64,000 nucleotides of DNA from Xanthobacteraceae bacterium (lineage in GTDB: Bacteria > Pseudomonadota > Alphaproteobacteria > Rhizobiales > Xanthobacteraceae). Below, piece by piece: positions 53,703 through 64,000 of the stretch. A program made the position numbers and the translations under genes. Every line of letters starts with the position of its first letter. Position 1 is the first letter of the stretch. The stretch is from NCBI GenBank assembly GCA_019241285.1, contig JAFAXD010000634.1, forward strand, positions 1,323 through 65,322, in the 5' to 3' direction. The notes under the pieces are model-generated. The model saw nothing but the letters and a program-made list of their open reading frames with translations. It did not search any database and was not told the DNA's origin.

Positions 53703-55094
53703 ATGGCTGCGCTCAGCTTACCAATAAAGGGTGTCGGGCAAACCGATGATACGATCTTCGCGCTATCTTCTGGCGCTTTACCATCAGCGGTAGCGGTCGT
53801 TCGAATTTCCGGGCCACGCGCCGGGGAGGCGCTGCGCGCACTCATTGGACGATTGCCTGAGGCTCGCAAGGCGGTTCTTGCCCGAGTTCGCGATCCCGAG
53901 ACCGCCGAATCGCTCGATCAAGCCCTTGCACTTTGGTTTCCGAGTCCGGCGAGTGAAACCGGGGAGGATATGGCCGAGGTGCAGCTACACGGAGGGCGGG
54001 CCGTCGTTGCAGCGGTATTCTCTGCTCTGAGAAAGTTCGAGGGGATGCGGTTAGCGGAGCCTGGGGAATTCACACGGCGCGCATTTGAACACGGCCGTCT
54101 CGACCTGACCCGGATCGAAGCCCTCGCGGATCTGATCTACGCGGACACAGAAGCACAGCGGCAGCAGGCATTCCGGCATATGCAGGGATTGCTTGGAGAC
54201 AGGGCGGAGAGGTGGCGGCAAACCCTTATCGAGGCGATGGCTCTGGTCGAAGCGGCGATCGATTTCCCGGATGAAGGAGATGTGCCGGCGGATTTGTTGC
54301 AGCCCGCGCTGAACATTGCTGCTCGACTGTGTCACGAGATCGAGGAGACGCTGGCAACCAGCGTTCGTGGTGAACGGCTGCGCGATGGCTTAACGGTAGC
54401 GATTGCCGGCCCTCCGAACGTAGGGAAGTCCAGTCTGCTGAACCGCATCGCCCAGCGTGAGGCCGCGATCGTTTCCCCAGCACCGGGCACGACGCGGGAC
54501 GTTATCGAGGTTCATTTGGATCTTGAGGGGTTTCCGCTCACACTGCTCGACACGGCGGGCATTCGCGACAGCTCAGAGCCGGTGGAGCAAGAAGGCATTC
54601 GGCGCGCGCGGACCCGCGCCGCGCGCGCCGATCTGGTTCTCTGGGTCACTGACCCCTCGAGCCGAATGGGAGAGCAGGCCTCCAGCGATTTGATTAACGG
54701 GAACGCGCTTTGGCTGATTACCAACAAGTGCGATGTGCTATCCGAAGCTGCAGTCGAGTCGTTGCGGAACCGTACAGCAGCTCATCCTTACTTTGCGATT
54801 TCGGCCAAAACCGGAGCGGGGGTGGAACATCTACTCGACGCGCTAGCCAATTTTGCTCGACTTTATTTCAAGCCGAGCGAGCCAGCGCTGGTAACCCGGG
54901 AACGTCAACGACAAATGCTGCAAGTCACGGAAGGTGCTTTGCGCCGAGCGGTCGGGGAGGGAGCGCGGGGGCGAGAAGAAGTTGTGGCGGAGGAACTGCG
55001 CGCTGCATCGCAGGCCTTGGGAAGGCTTGTCGGCCGAGTGGATGTTGAGGATGTGCTCGACGCGATTTTTGGCGACTTCTGTATCGGCAAATAA
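53703..55094 (+). CDS. mnmE: tRNA modification GTPase MnmE
   Basis: DTIFALSSG, G1 GPPNVGKSSL and C-terminal FCIGK. Confidence 0.95.
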   Translation: MAALSLPIKGVGQTDDTIFALSSGALPSAVAVVRISGPRAGEALRALIGRLPEARKAVLARVRDPETAESLDQALALWFPSPASETGEDMAEVQLHGGRAVVAAVFSALRKFEGMRLAEPGEFTRRAFEHGRLDLTRIEALADLIYADTEAQRQQAFRHMQGLLGDRAERWRQTLIEAMALVEAAIDFPDEGDVPADLLQPALNIAARLCHEIEETLATSVRGERLRDGLTVAIAGPPNVGKSSLLNRIAQREAAIVSPAPGTTRDVIEVHLDLEGFPLTLLDTAGIRDSSEPVEQEGIRRARTRAARADLVLWVTDPSSRMGEQASSDLINGNALWLITNKCDVLSEAAVESLRNRTAAHPYFAISAKTGAGVEHLLDALANFARLYFKPSEPALVTRERQRQMLQVTEGALRRAVGEGARGREEVVAEELRAASQALGRLVGRVDVEDVLDAIFGDFCIGK

Positions 55095-55097
55095 GAA

Positions 55098-55113
55098 TGT
55101 TTCACGTGAAACA
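55098..55113. other. parS centromere-like site (perfect consensus)
   Basis: TGTTTCACGTGAAACA is a 16/16 palindromic parS. It lies in the mnmE-mnmG intergenic region, 3.5 kb upstream of parB. Confidence 0.85.
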
Positions 55114-55175
55114 ACCCGCGTGGATTTTCGCCAAGAGCAATATCAAATAGAGATGTGCCGTCAGGAGTGGTGATT

Positions 55176-57035
55176 GTGACGTATGACGTAATCGTAATCG
55201 GCGGGGGGCACGCGGGCTGTGAGGCCGCGGCTGCTGCTGCTCGGATGGGGGCCAGGACTGCGCTGGTGACGCACCAACTTGCGACCATCGGGGCCATGTC
55301 GTGCAATCCGGCGATTGGTGGCCTCGGCAAGGGGCATCTGGTGCGCGAGATAGACGCCCTGGACGGACTTATGGGCCAGGTAGCCGATCAGGGGGGAATC
55401 CAGTTCAGGGTTCTCAATCGGCGTAAAGGTCCCGCCGTCCGTGGCCCTCGCGCCCAAGCAGATCGCAGGCTCTACGCTCGCGCCATGCAGGACGCCATGA
55501 AGTCGGTTGCCCAGCTTGATATTGTCGAGGGTGAAGCAGAGGATATTGATTGGGACATACGCGCGACGGGCGTCCGTCTAAAGGACGGGCGCCGGTTCGG
55601 TGCCGGCGCTGTCGTACTGACGACCGGCACATTCCTACGCGGGTTGATTCATATCGGCGAAAAGCAGACCCCCGCGGGCCGAGTAGGTGAGGCTCCATCT
55701 GTTGGGCTCTCGGCGACTCTGGAGCGTCTTGGCTTTTCACTCGGGCGCCTAAAGACCGGCACTCCGCCGCGGCTTGATGGCCGCACGATCGACTGGGGTG
55801 CCCTGGAGATGCAGCCGGGGGATGATCCTCCGGAGCCCTTCTCCACACTGACCCGGGAGCTTCCGAACCCGCAAATCGAGTGTGCGATTACCCGAACCGT
55901 AGGCGAGACGCACGAGATTATCCGCGCCAACGTGCACCGGTCGCCTATGTACTCTGGGCAAATTCACAGCCGCGGCCCGCGGTATTGTCCCTCGATTGAA
56001 GATAAGATCGTCCGGTTTGGGGAACGTGATGGCCACCAGATCTTTTTGGAGCCGGAAGGGCTCGACGATCCCACGGTCTACCCCAACGGCATCTCGACCT
56101 CACTCCCCGAAGACGTACAGCAGGCTTTAGTCGCCAGTATCCCGGGCTTGGCTAGGGCGAAGATCATTCGGCCTGGCTATGCGATCGAATACGACCATGT
56201 CGACCCGCGCGAACTTCTCCCAACGCTGGAGACCAAGCGTTTGCCGGGCTTGTTTCTCGCGGGACAGATCAACGGCACGACAGGGTACGAAGAAGCGGCG
56301 GCCCAGGGTTTGGTGGCGGGTTTGAATGCGGCGGTGCGTGCAAGCGATGGTCAGCCCATCGTTTTTGACCGCTCTCAAGGCTACTCGGGCGTCATGATTG
56401 ACGATTTGGTGACGCGGGGGGTGACCGAACCGTATCGCATGTTTACGTCGCGGGCCGAATACAGGTTGAGCTTGCGCGCGGACAACGCGGATCAGCGGCT
56501 CACGGATTTGGGCATCAAATTGGGGTGTGTTGGCCCCGAGCGCCGCAGGCACCACGTCGCCAAGATGGCCGACTTAACCGCGGCTTGTGAATACGCCAAA
56601 TCGGTTTCAGTCACCCCGAACGAGGCACACAGGCATGGACTTTTACTCAACCGCGATGGCCAACGACGGTCCGCTTTTGAGATTCTCTCTTACCCTGCCA
56701 CGGCTGCGGACGACCTCGCGCGTATTTGGCCAAAATTCAGAGAGTTTGCTCCGGATATTCTGAAGCAGGTCGAAATCAATGCGAAATACGCGGTCTATCT
56801 TGATCGTCAGACGGCGGACGTCGATGCGTATCGGCGCGACGAAAGCATGCTGTTGCCTAGCGATCTCGACTACGACGCAGTGCCTGGGCTCTCGAATGAG
56901 TGTCGGCAGAAACTCGCGTCTGCTCGCCCGTACACATTAGGACAGGCCAGCCGAGTCGATGGCATCACGCCAGCGGCGCTCACGCTCCTCGCCGCACATC
57001 TCCGGCGCCGCGGACGAGCCGCCCGTTTGGGCTAG
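55176..57035 (+). CDS. mnmG: tRNA uridine 5-carboxymethylaminomethyl modification enzyme MnmG
   Basis: [19 protein letters not shown] 55176 lies 8 nt after AGGAG and is preferred to the ORF-track GTG 55155. Confidence 0.97.
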   Translation: MTYDVIVIGGGHAGCEAAAAAARMGARTALVTHQLATIGAMSCNPAIGGLGKGHLVREIDALDGLMGQVADQGGIQFRVLNRRKGPAVRGPRAQADRRLYARAMQDAMKSVAQLDIVEGEAEDIDWDIRATGVRLKDGRRFGAGAVVLTTGTFLRGLIHIGEKQTPAGRVGEAPSVGLSATLERLGFSLGRLKTGTPPRLDGRTIDWGALEMQPGDDPPEPFSTLTRELPNPQIECAITRTVGETHEIIRANVHRSPMYSGQIHSRGPRYCPSIEDKIVRFGERDGHQIFLEPEGLDDPTVYPNGISTSLPEDVQQALVASIPGLARAKIIRPGYAIEYDHVDPRELLPTLETKRLPGLFLAGQINGTTGYEEAAAQGLVAGLNAAVRASDGQPIVFDRSQGYSGVMIDDLVTRGVTEPYRMFTSRAEYRLSLRADNADQRLTDLGIKLGCVGPERRRHHVAKMADLTAACEYAKSVSVTPNEAHRHGLLLNRDGQRRSAFEILSYPATAADDLARIWPKFREFAPDILKQVEINAKYAVYLDRQTADVDAYRRDESMLLPSDLDYDAVPGLSNECRQKLASARPYTLGQASRVDGITPAALTLLAAHLRRRGRAARLG

Positions 57036-57049
57036 CCGCTCCGCTCAGA

Positions 57050-57730
57050 ATGGATGACCAAGCCCGCCAGATTGCTTTAGACCGCGAACGGGCGTTGGAC
57101 CTTGTCCCGGTTTCACGTGAAACATTGTCTCGCTTGGATCGTTTCGTCGAGCTTCTTTTGGAGCGAAACCAAGTCACCAATCTCATCGCGAAATCGACGG
57201 TTGCGCATGTATGGACGCGGCACGTCGCTGACTCGCTCCAACTCCTGCCCTTGGCCCAAGGCCGCACCTGGGCGGATCTCGGATCGGGCGGCGGCTTTCC
57301 CGGGCTTGTAATTGCCTGCGCGATGGAAGAGCCGCATAGCGGCGTGGTGCACCTGATCGAAAGCCGCGACCGCAAAGCTGCGTTTCTGCGCGAGGCAGCT
57401 GCCATCATTGGAATGCCTGCTATCGTCCATCGTGGGCGCGTGGAAGAGGTCTCCCCAAAGTTGGGGCCTGTCGACATCGTCACGGCGCGCGCACTCGCGC
57501 CGTTGCCAAAGCTGCTTGAATATATCGAGCCGCTAGTGACCAATGGGGCTAAAGCCCTGTTGATGAAGGGCCAAGATCTAGAGACCGAATTGACCCAAGC
57601 GGCTAAATATTGGAAAATTCAGGCCGAGATCGTACCCAGCAAGACAGACCCGTCAGGCCGTATCCTGGTCGTTTTTGAACTGGCCCGGTCGGACCGCGGG
57701 AGGCAACAGAGATCCCGCGATGTCCGATGA
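57050..57730 (+). CDS. rsmG: 16S rRNA (guanine527-N7)-methyltransferase
   Basis: VSRETLSRLDRFVELL... and DLGSGGGFPGL SAM motif. Start at ATG 57050. Confidence 0.92.
   Translation: MDDQARQIALDRERALDLVPVSRETLSRLDRFVELLLERNQVTNLIAKSTVAHVWTRHVADSLQLLPLAQGRTWADLGSGGGFPGLVIACAMEEPHSGVVHLIESRDRKAAFLREAAAIIGMPAIVHRGRVEEVSPKLGPVDIVTARALAPLPKLLEYIEPLVTNGAKALLMKGQDLETELTQAAKYWKIQAEIVPSKTDPSGRILVVFELARSDRGRQQRSRDVR
57109..57124. other. parS-like site inside rsmG
   Basis: GGTTTCACGTGAAACA is a 15/16 match to parS. It encodes the conserved VSRET of RsmG. Confidence 0.7.
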
Positions 57731-58589
57731 TATTGCGACCCTCGGTAGCGAATCGCCTGCAAGGCAGCCCCTTGTTGCGCCGCGCGTCTTGGCCATTGCG
57801 AACCAAAAAGGTGGCGTGGGGAAAACGACAACCGCGATAAATCTAGGCACCGCGCTCGCCGCGACAGGTGAGTTCGTCTTGATCATCGACGGGGATCCGC
57901 AAGGAAATGCGTCAACCGGCCTTGGCATCGATCGCCGGAACCGGCGATTTTCGACTTACGACGTGCTTGCCGGCGAGGCGGCGATCCGTGACGCCGCATT
58001 ACCCACGGCAGTTCCGAACTTGCATCTCCTGCCTTCGACCATGGACCTCTATGGCCTCGAGCTCGAGATCAGCCAGGCGCGCGACCGGGCCTACCGGTTG
58101 CGCGACGCTCTCCGACACATCAACGACGGGCCAGGCGTTCCGTACACGTACGTGTTGATTGACTGTCCGCCGGCGCTCAACCTTCTCACGCTGAATGCGA
58201 TGGCTGCCGCCAATGCCATCCTGGTTCCGCTGCAATGCGAGTTCTTCGCGTTGGAAGGGCTTTCGCAACTGCTGAAGACCGTTGATCAAGTCAAGGAAAC
58301 ACTTAATCCGGGCTTGGCCATTCATGGCATCGTGCTGACGATGTTTGACGCCCGTAACAATCTCTCAAATCAGGTTGTTGCTGACGTGCGCGAGTTCATG
58401 GGCAAAAAAGTTTATGACACCGTTATCCCACGCAATGTGCGGGTCTCTGAGGCGCCGTCCTACGGAAAGCCGGTTTTGGTCTACGATCTCAAATGCCCGG
58501 GCAGCGAAGCTTACCTGCGGTTGGCAACCGAGGTGATCCAGCGTGAAAAGGAATTGAAATTGCTGGAACCAGGTCAGACCGCTTCATAA
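57720..58589 (+). CDS. parA: chromosome partitioning ATPase ParA
   Basis: Deviant Walker A IANQKGGVGKTT. ATG 57720 overlaps the rsmG end by 11 nt. Confidence 0.93.
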   Translation: MSDDIATLGSESPARQPLVAPRVLAIANQKGGVGKTTTAINLGTALAATGEFVLIIDGDPQGNASTGLGIDRRNRRFSTYDVLAGEAAIRDAALPTAVPNLHLLPSTMDLYGLELEISQARDRAYRLRDALRHINDGPGVPYTYVLIDCPPALNLLTLNAMAAANAILVPLQCEFFALEGLSQLLKTVDQVKETLNPGLAIHGIVLTMFDARNNLSNQVVADVREFMGKKVYDTVIPRNVRVSEAPSYGKPVLVYDLKCPGSEAYLRLATEVIQREKELKLLEPGQTAS

Positions 58590-58654
58590 CGCCTCTACGA
58601 ACGCCATCAACAACAAGGATGGCCAGCATAAGAACTCATACTCACTGACGAGGA

Positions 58655-59527
58655 ATGACCCGTATGGCCGAAGAAGCATCACGATCGCGGTTGGGCCGTG
58701 GGCTCGCATCCCTGATCGGTGATCTCGGTGCGGAGGCAAATGATCGAGGGCGCACGCAGCGCCGGGTCCCGATCGAACTGCTCAAACGCAATCCTTACAA
58801 TCCGCGTCGTGCCTTCTCAGAAGCCCAGCTTGACGAGCTTGCTCAATCGATCCGGGACCGCGGGATTATTCAACCGCTTATTGTGCGTCCGGCCGGCAAT
58901 GACAATTATGAAATCGTTGCCGGCGAGCGGCGGTGGCGGGCGGCTCAGCGCGCCGGCCTTCATGAGGTTCCGGTTGTTGTTGTCGAGGTCAATGATCGTG
59001 AGGCGTTCCAACTTGCGATTATCGAAAATGTCCAGCGTGCCGATCTCAATCCGATTGAAGAGGCGAACGCCTATCAGAGATTGGCTACCGAATTCGATTA
59101 TAGCCAGGAGGAGGTCGCCAAAACCGTTGGCAAGAGCCGGCCACACGTGGCGAATACGTTGCGGCTTCTCAAACTGACCAGGCCGGTCCAGGAATTAATC
59201 ACGGCGAACAGGCTGGACGCCGGGCACGCGCGCATTCTGGTTGGGCTCGATGACCAGGAAGAGTTGGCTAACCTGATCGTCGAGCGCGGATACAGTGTGC
59301 GTCAGGTCGAGGCGATGATTCGCGAGCGCACCGCTCGCACTGCGATCGCGCCACGTGAACCTCGATCGAAGGATCCCAATTCGCGCGCCTTCGAAAAGCG
59401 CCTGACCGATGCGCTCGGATTACAAGTGACCCTCAACCAGCGCGGAGACGGGGGTATCTTGCACATCCGGTACAGCAATCTCGATCAGCTCGACGACATT
59501 GCGCGTAAGCTCGAGGGGACTCGCTAG
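58655..59527 (+). CDS. parB: chromosome partitioning protein ParB
   Basis: LGRGLASLIG, the ParB box IVAGERRWRAA and an HTH domain. Confidence 0.95.
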   Translation: MTRMAEEASRSRLGRGLASLIGDLGAEANDRGRTQRRVPIELLKRNPYNPRRAFSEAQLDELAQSIRDRGIIQPLIVRPAGNDNYEIVAGERRWRAAQRAGLHEVPVVVVEVNDREAFQLAIIENVQRADLNPIEEANAYQRLATEFDYSQEEVAKTVGKSRPHVANTLRLLKLTRPVQELITANRLDAGHARILVGLDDQEELANLIVERGYSVRQVEAMIRERTARTAIAPREPRSKDPNSRAFEKRLTDALGLQVTLNQRGDGGILHIRYSNLDQLDDIARKLEGTR

Positions 59528-59529
59528 TA

Positions 59530-60549
59530 TTATTCTCGTCCGCGGGCGCGCATGGATGTAGCCAGCAGTGCCCGACTGGCAATTGTATCTGCCAACTCGC
59601 CCCGCAAACGTGTTTCGAATGTCGCGTCTGCGAGGTGAGCGATGGCGCGTTCCAGGCGTGTCGACGTCCAGTTGCGGAGCGCCATTTCAACGAGCTTTTC
59701 CCGGCGAAAATGAACTCGCATCCCGCGTAGCGCCTCGGCAATCGACACACCGCTTTCTACGTCTAGACGTGTTCGGTGCAGCTGTGACGCAAGTCGCAAG
59801 GCGGCGCCGACAATGACGGTGGCCGGGGTCCCTTCGCTACGCGCCTTTGTAAATTGTCGGTCCACTTCGTGTGACTGACCTGCAAACACCGCGTCCGCGA
59901 TAGCGTCGAAAGTGGGGGCACTTGCATCGGTGATGATGGCGACGACGTCATCCACGTCCACGCGATCGCTCCCGCGGCTGTAAAGCGTGAGTTTCTGGAG
60001 CTCGCTGCGCGAAGCAAGGCGATCTCCGCCCAATGATGCAACCAGGAGCGCGCGCGCATCAGCAGTAATTGCCAGCCCGGCATCACGCAATTCTTGATCG
60101 ATTAAACGACCCAAGTCGCGCTCGGCATCCGGATAGCAGGCGAAAGAAGCAACGATGGGGGCCTTTTCGCACAGATTTCGCAGCGGCGCCCCCCGGGTGA
60201 GATCGCCGGCCTCGATCATCACGCGGCAATCAGGACCCGGCGGCGCATTGATCAATTTTTCGACGGCAGCAGAAAAATTCCTCGGGCCGGCCCGGACCAA
60301 AACCGCGCGCCGTCCGCCAAACAATGGAATCGTATGAGCTTCCTCGACCAATCGCTCCGGTGTTTCCGCCAAGGCATCTCCGTCGAGGCGAGCAAGACTG
60401 AACGGATCATTGGGGTCCTCGACCGCGCGCGCGACCAAAGCCTGAATACGCTCGCGCACCAAGCCGGCATCCGGGCCAAAAATCAGGACAATCGGCTGCT
60501 TACCGCGTGCCAAAAACGAGTCGAATTCAGAGCTCTTAAGGGCGACCAT
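59530..60549 (-). CDS. holA: DNA polymerase III subunit delta
   Basis: 339 aa with N-terminal LKSSEFDSFL...IVLIFGPDAGLVRE. Its position downstream of leuS-lptE matches E. coli. Confidence 0.85.
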   Translation of the reverse strand: MVALKSSEFDSFLARGKQPIVLIFGPDAGLVRERIQALVARAVEDPNDPFSLARLDGDALAETPERLVEEAHTIPLFGGRRAVLVRAGPRNFSAAVEKLINAPPGPDCRVMIEAGDLTRGAPLRNLCEKAPIVASFACYPDAERDLGRLIDQELRDAGLAITADARALLVASLGGDRLASRSELQKLTLYSRGSDRVDVDDVVAIITDASAPTFDAIADAVFAGQSHEVDRQFTKARSEGTPATVIVGAALRLASQLHRTRLDVESGVSIAEALRGMRVHFRREKLVEMALRNWTSTRLERAIAHLADATFETRLRGELADTIASRALLATSMRARGRE

Positions 60550-60582
60550 TGTGTTGAATGAGCGAGCCCAACCGGGCAGGGC

Positions 60583-61140
60583 TTACGAGCCCGCCACAAA
60601 GAATGATGTGAGCCGAGATCGGATGTTCTCCGCTATTTGTTGCGCGGCTCGATTTTCCGCGTCTCGCAAACCTCTGCTTCGAGCAAACCGCTGCTGCTCA
60701 CCGGGAGTATCAAAAGAAACGGGGGCAACGGCAGAAGCCGCCAGGACGACTCTGCCGGTCCGCAAGTCGGTGAGCTGATATGTGGCCGTCAAATTGTAGA
60801 CGTCTGTGCTCGAGCGTCCCGTCTGCAAATCCACGCTGGTCGTATAGCGCGAGGGTATCAGCCGAATCTTAAGCGAATGGGTTGGCGACCCGCCACCACT
60901 CCCGCCCTGCAGGGCGAAGAGGAGGTCGTTGCGCAGTTCGACGCCTATCCGGGCGTCGTCCGTGCCCGTTGTGGCGTCTATCTGCTCGACGTCCACCGCG
61001 TTCAATGCTGTCGAAACGGCTGGGCCGCCGGTCGTGGTCTGCGTGCCATACAAAGGCTGAAAACAGCCTGCGGTTGTACCGGCAAGCGCCAGAATAAGAA
61101 CGACTCGGAACAGTGGCCCCATCACATACCCCTCAAGCAA
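60583..61140 (-). CDS. lptE: LPS-assembly lipoprotein LptE
   Basis: Lipobox LAGTTAGC and the conserved leuS-lptE-holA order. The start may be ATG 61122. Confidence 0.7.
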   Translation of the reverse strand: MLEGYVMGPLFRVVLILALAGTTAGCFQPLYGTQTTTGGPAVSTALNAVDVEQIDATTGTDDARIGVELRNDLLFALQGGSGGGSPTHSLKIRLIPSRYTTSVDLQTGRSSTDVYNLTATYQLTDLRTGRVVLAASAVAPVSFDTPGEQQRFARSRGLRDAENRAAQQIAENIRSRLTSFFVAGS

Positions 61141-63763
61141 CTATATTGACGATCCTTTGGGGCACGACGATGACCCGTTTCGGTCTTTTGCCTTCCAGGG
61201 CTCGTTGAACGAGAGGCAGGGCTAAAACGGCCGCCTCAACGTGCTGCTGATCGGCATCGCGGGCGACCGTGACATCCGCCCGCTTTCGGCCGTTGACCTG
61301 CACCGGCAACGTAATGGTGTCCTCGACAAGGAGGTCCGGCTCCAGCTCGGGCCATTCTTGCTGTGCGACCAGTGTGTCGTGTCCGAGCACCGCGTAACAC
61401 TCTTCCGCCAGGTGCGGCATCATCGGATGAAATAGGGCGACCAGGATCTCAGCCGCTTCTCGTATCGCCCACCGCAGGTCCGCGGTGACGGTCCTCTGCT
61501 TGGCGTTGTTGACCGCCTCGCTCAGCTCGTTTGTAAGTTCGTAGATTTGCGCGACGCAGACGTTGAAATGCAGCTTCTCGATTTCGTCTGAAACGCGTGC
61601 CAACGCTTTATGAGCAGCTCTACGAACGTCGAGGGCACTTTGCCCGAAGGCTTGAGGCCGTTCCGCGGGTGCGGAAGCGGCGATTTCGGAACAGTCGCCA
61701 ATGAGCCGCCATAACCGCTGGGCAAATCGCCAAGCCCCTTGAACGCCACGCTCGGTCCAATTGACGTCACGGTCTGGCGGCGAGTCCGACAGCATGAACC
61801 AGCGCGCCACGTCGGCGCCATAGCTGCTGATGATGTCGTCTGGATCAACGGTGTTGCGCTTCGACTTCGACATTTTTTCAATGGGGCCGATCTGCACCGC
61901 TTCACCCGTTGCGATGAGGGCCGCGCGCCGATGATCGTCTGCGCCTTCGATCTTGACTTCCGTCGGCGCGGCCCAGCTGCCGTCAGCCTTCTGGTACGTC
62001 TCGTGCACCACCATTCCTTGAGTGAACAAGCCGGCGAATGGTTCGTCGAGGCCGACGTGGCCCGCGACTTTCATGGCTCTCGTAAAGAAGCGGCTGTACA
62101 GCAAGTGCAAAATGGCGTGTTCAATCCCGCCAATATATTGATCAACAGGCATCCACGCGTCGGCGATCTCGCGCTGTGTGGGTGCCTCTGCAATCCAGGG
62201 ATCGGTGAAACGAACGAAGTACCAGGACGAATCCACAAAGGTGTCCATGGTATCAGTTTCGCGCCGGGCCTCCCCTCCGCATGCCGGACATGTTACGGGC
62301 TTCCAGCTCGGATGGCGGTCGAGCGGATTTCCTGGGCGGTCGAACGTCACGTCGTCCGGCAAGGTTACCGGCAAATGCTGCTCCGGAACCGGGACTGCCC
62401 CGCACTTTTCGCAATGAATGATCGGGATCGGGCAACCCCAATAGCGCTGACGCGAAATTCCCCAATCACGGAGCCGGAAATTGACTTGCCGCTGCGCGAC
62501 AGGGCGATTGCCGTGCAGCGTCGTTTCAAGTCGCCGCGCAACCTCATCCTTTGCTTGCTCGATCGTCATTCCGTCGAGAAAGCGTGAATTGATGAGCCGG
62601 CCGTCACCGTCATAGGCGACATCCGTGATGACAAACTTGGCCGGGTCTTGTCCTGGGGGACAGACCACGGGCGTGTTGCCTAACCCATATTTGTTGGAGA
62701 ATTCAAGATCGCGCGGGTCATGTGCCGGACAGCCAAAGATGGCACCGGTCCCGTATTCCATCAACACAAAATTGGCGACGTAAACAGGCAGCTTCCAATC
62801 CGGATCGAATGGATGAATGGCTTTCATTCCAGTGTCGAAGCCGAGCTTCTCGGCTTTGTCGATCAGCTCTTGAGCCGTGCCGTGCCGTTTGCATTCGGCG
62901 ATGAACTTGGCGAGCGCCGGGTTTTTCTCCGCTGCCGCCGTCGCCAAAGGGTGATCCGGCGACAAGGCCATGAACTTGGCGCCGAACAGCGTGTCATGCC
63001 GAGTGGTGAAAATATCGAGCTCACGCTCTCCCTTCGGAGTCGTTGACGGATCGAGTTCGAACCGGATCAACAGACCTTCAGAGCGGCCGATCCAATTCTT
63101 TTGCATCAGCCGCACTTTGTCTGGCCAACGCTCGAGCCGATCGAGCGCGTCCAGCAGCTCCTGGGCGAAATGTGTAATCTTGAAAAACCATTGGGTCAGT
63201 TCGCGCTGCTCAACGAGCGCCCCCGATCGCCAGCCGCGCCCGTCGATGACCTGCTCATTTGCGAGCACCGTCTGGTCAACCGGATCCCAGTTTACCTTGG
63301 ACTTCTTGCGCTCAACCAACCCGGCGCGCACGAAATCGAGAAACATTCTCTGCTGGTGCTTGTAGTAGCTCGGATCGCAGGTTGCGATCTCACGCCTCCA
63401 ATCAAGCGACAGCCCCATTGACTTGAGCTGAGCTCGCATCGCGGCGATGTTGTCGTAGGTCCACGCTCGCGGATGAATTTTGCGCTCGATCGCGGCGTTC
63501 TCGGCCGGCATGCCGAACGCGTCCCAGCCCATCGGATGCAGGACGTTGAACCCTCTGGCGCGCTTATAGCGGGCGACGACATCTCCCATCGCATAGTTGC
63601 GCACGTGACCCATATGGATCCGTCCGGACGGATAGGGGAACATCTCCAACACGTAGTAGCGCGGTCGCGGGTCGTCGTTGCGGGTCGCGAACACGCCGCG
63701 CTCGTCCCATACCTTCTGCCAACGGAGTTCCGCCTCACGGGCGTTATAACGCTCAGTACTCAT
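61133..63763 (-). CDS. leuS: leucine--tRNA ligase
   Basis: 876 aa with the HIGH motif ([15 protein letters not shown]) and KMSKS. Confidence 0.98.
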   Translation of the reverse strand: MSTERYNAREAELRWQKVWDERGVFATRNDDPRPRYYVLEMFPYPSGRIHMGHVRNYAMGDVVARYKRARGFNVLHPMGWDAFGMPAENAAIERKIHPRAWTYDNIAAMRAQLKSMGLSLDWRREIATCDPSYYKHQQRMFLDFVRAGLVERKKSKVNWDPVDQTVLANEQVIDGRGWRSGALVEQRELTQWFFKITHFAQELLDALDRLERWPDKVRLMQKNWIGRSEGLLIRFELDPSTTPKGERELDIFTTRHDTLFGAKFMALSPDHPLATAAAEKNPALAKFIAECKRHGTAQELIDKAEKLGFDTGMKAIHPFDPDWKLPVYVANFVLMEYGTGAIFGCPAHDPRDLEFSNKYGLGNTPVVCPPGQDPAKFVITDVAYDGDGRLINSRFLDGMTIEQAKDEVARRLETTLHGNRPVAQRQVNFRLRDWGISRQRYWGCPIPIIHCEKCGAVPVPEQHLPVTLPDDVTFDRPGNPLDRHPSWKPVTCPACGGEARRETDTMDTFVDSSWYFVRFTDPWIAEAPTQREIADAWMPVDQYIGGIEHAILHLLYSRFFTRAMKVAGHVGLDEPFAGLFTQGMVVHETYQKADGSWAAPTEVKIEGADDHRRAALIATGEAVQIGPIEKMSKSKRNTVDPDDIISSYGADVARWFMLSDSPPDRDVNWTERGVQGAWRFAQRLWRLIGDCSEIAASAPAERPQAFGQSALDVRRAAHKALARVSDEIEKLHFNVCVAQIYELTNELSEAVNNAKQRTVTADLRWAIREAAEILVALFHPMMPHLAEECYAVLGHDTLVAQQEWPELEPDLLVEDTITLPVQVNGRKRADVTVARDADQQHVEAAVLALPLVQRALEGKRPKRVIVVPQRIVNIVA

Positions 63764-64000
63764 TGAATCGGTGGTTCACGTCTCAAAGGGGTGCCGGACT
63801 AGGGCATGAAAGCCGTAAGGAGGTCAACGGGGCGCCGGTTTCCGGACCAGGGGATTTTGTTGGAGAGAGCGGCGGCCAAGCCTGTTTCCAGAGATTGCGA
63901 GCATCATTATCTGACATTTGGAAGCAAGGAGCGGAGTGCCAGCACCCGGGAGAGCCCTTACTTCGACCGGCAGGAAACGGGCACACAGTCGCCCAAACCT

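Noticed and set aside
63783-63986. 67-aa minus-strand ORF upstream of leuS
   Set aside because: It has a GTG start without an SD and a Pro/Ser/Cys-rich translation. It would sit where the leuS promoter and 5' UTR are expected.
1-64000. Window-wide look for tRNA/rRNA genes, CRISPR repeats, IS/transposase/integrase genes, toxin-antitoxin pairs or defence genes, and sigma54 -24/-12 elements (TGGCAC-N5-TTGC)
   Set aside because: None was found by eye. The few TGGCAC occurrences lack a TTGC at the right spacing, and the GGTTCGA-like strings do not sit in cloverleaf contexts. A computational scan (tRNAscan or Infernal, repeat finder) would be needed for a definitive negative.

Overview
This is a high-GC (about 60% by eye) alphaproteobacterial core chromosome segment with Rhizobiales/Bradyrhizobiaceae-like gene order. 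I call 67 protein-coding genes, one of them cut by the left edge. Nearly all are housekeeping genes, tightly packed with many 4-10 nt start/stop overlaps. The main blocks are: infC-rpmI-rplT-(DinB)-pheST; nth; gpmA-dapB; pyrF; heat-shock dnaK-dnaJ-pmtA, hrcA-grpE and hslVU; rph-rdgB-hemW; rsmI-yraN-gshB; comM; hisB-H-A-F-E-coaA; smr-mltA-tim44 and secB; dnaQ-coaE-maf-PDRP facing hemE-hemJ-rho; mnmE-mnmG-rsmG-parA-parB; holA-lptE-leuS. I saw no rRNA, tRNA, CRISPR array, transposase, integrase or phage-like gene. The sequence supports these non-coding elements: a candidate chromosomal origin (oriC) in the 372-bp PDRP/hemE gap; two parS sites, one a perfect 16-mer; a perfect alphaproteobacterial sigma32 promoter for dnaK; a strong dnaK-dnaJ intercistronic terminator hairpin; two GTTC-N7-GTTC motifs (alpha LexA/SOS box) in intergenic regions; a probable ATT start codon for infC; and structured leaders for rpmI-rplT and rho. 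I found no convincing evidence for a novel multi-gene system, and nothing resembling a defence or accessory island. The least explained items are the palindrome cluster inside the putative origin, the SOS-box-bearing divergent promoter of an EI24/CysZ-family gene and a Tat amine oxidase, a methyltransferase-TPR gene coupled to gshB, and a few orphan secreted proteins and lipoproteins. Where I moved a start codon from the ORF track, I relied on remembered N-terminal homology and Shine-Dalgarno spacing, not on computation.
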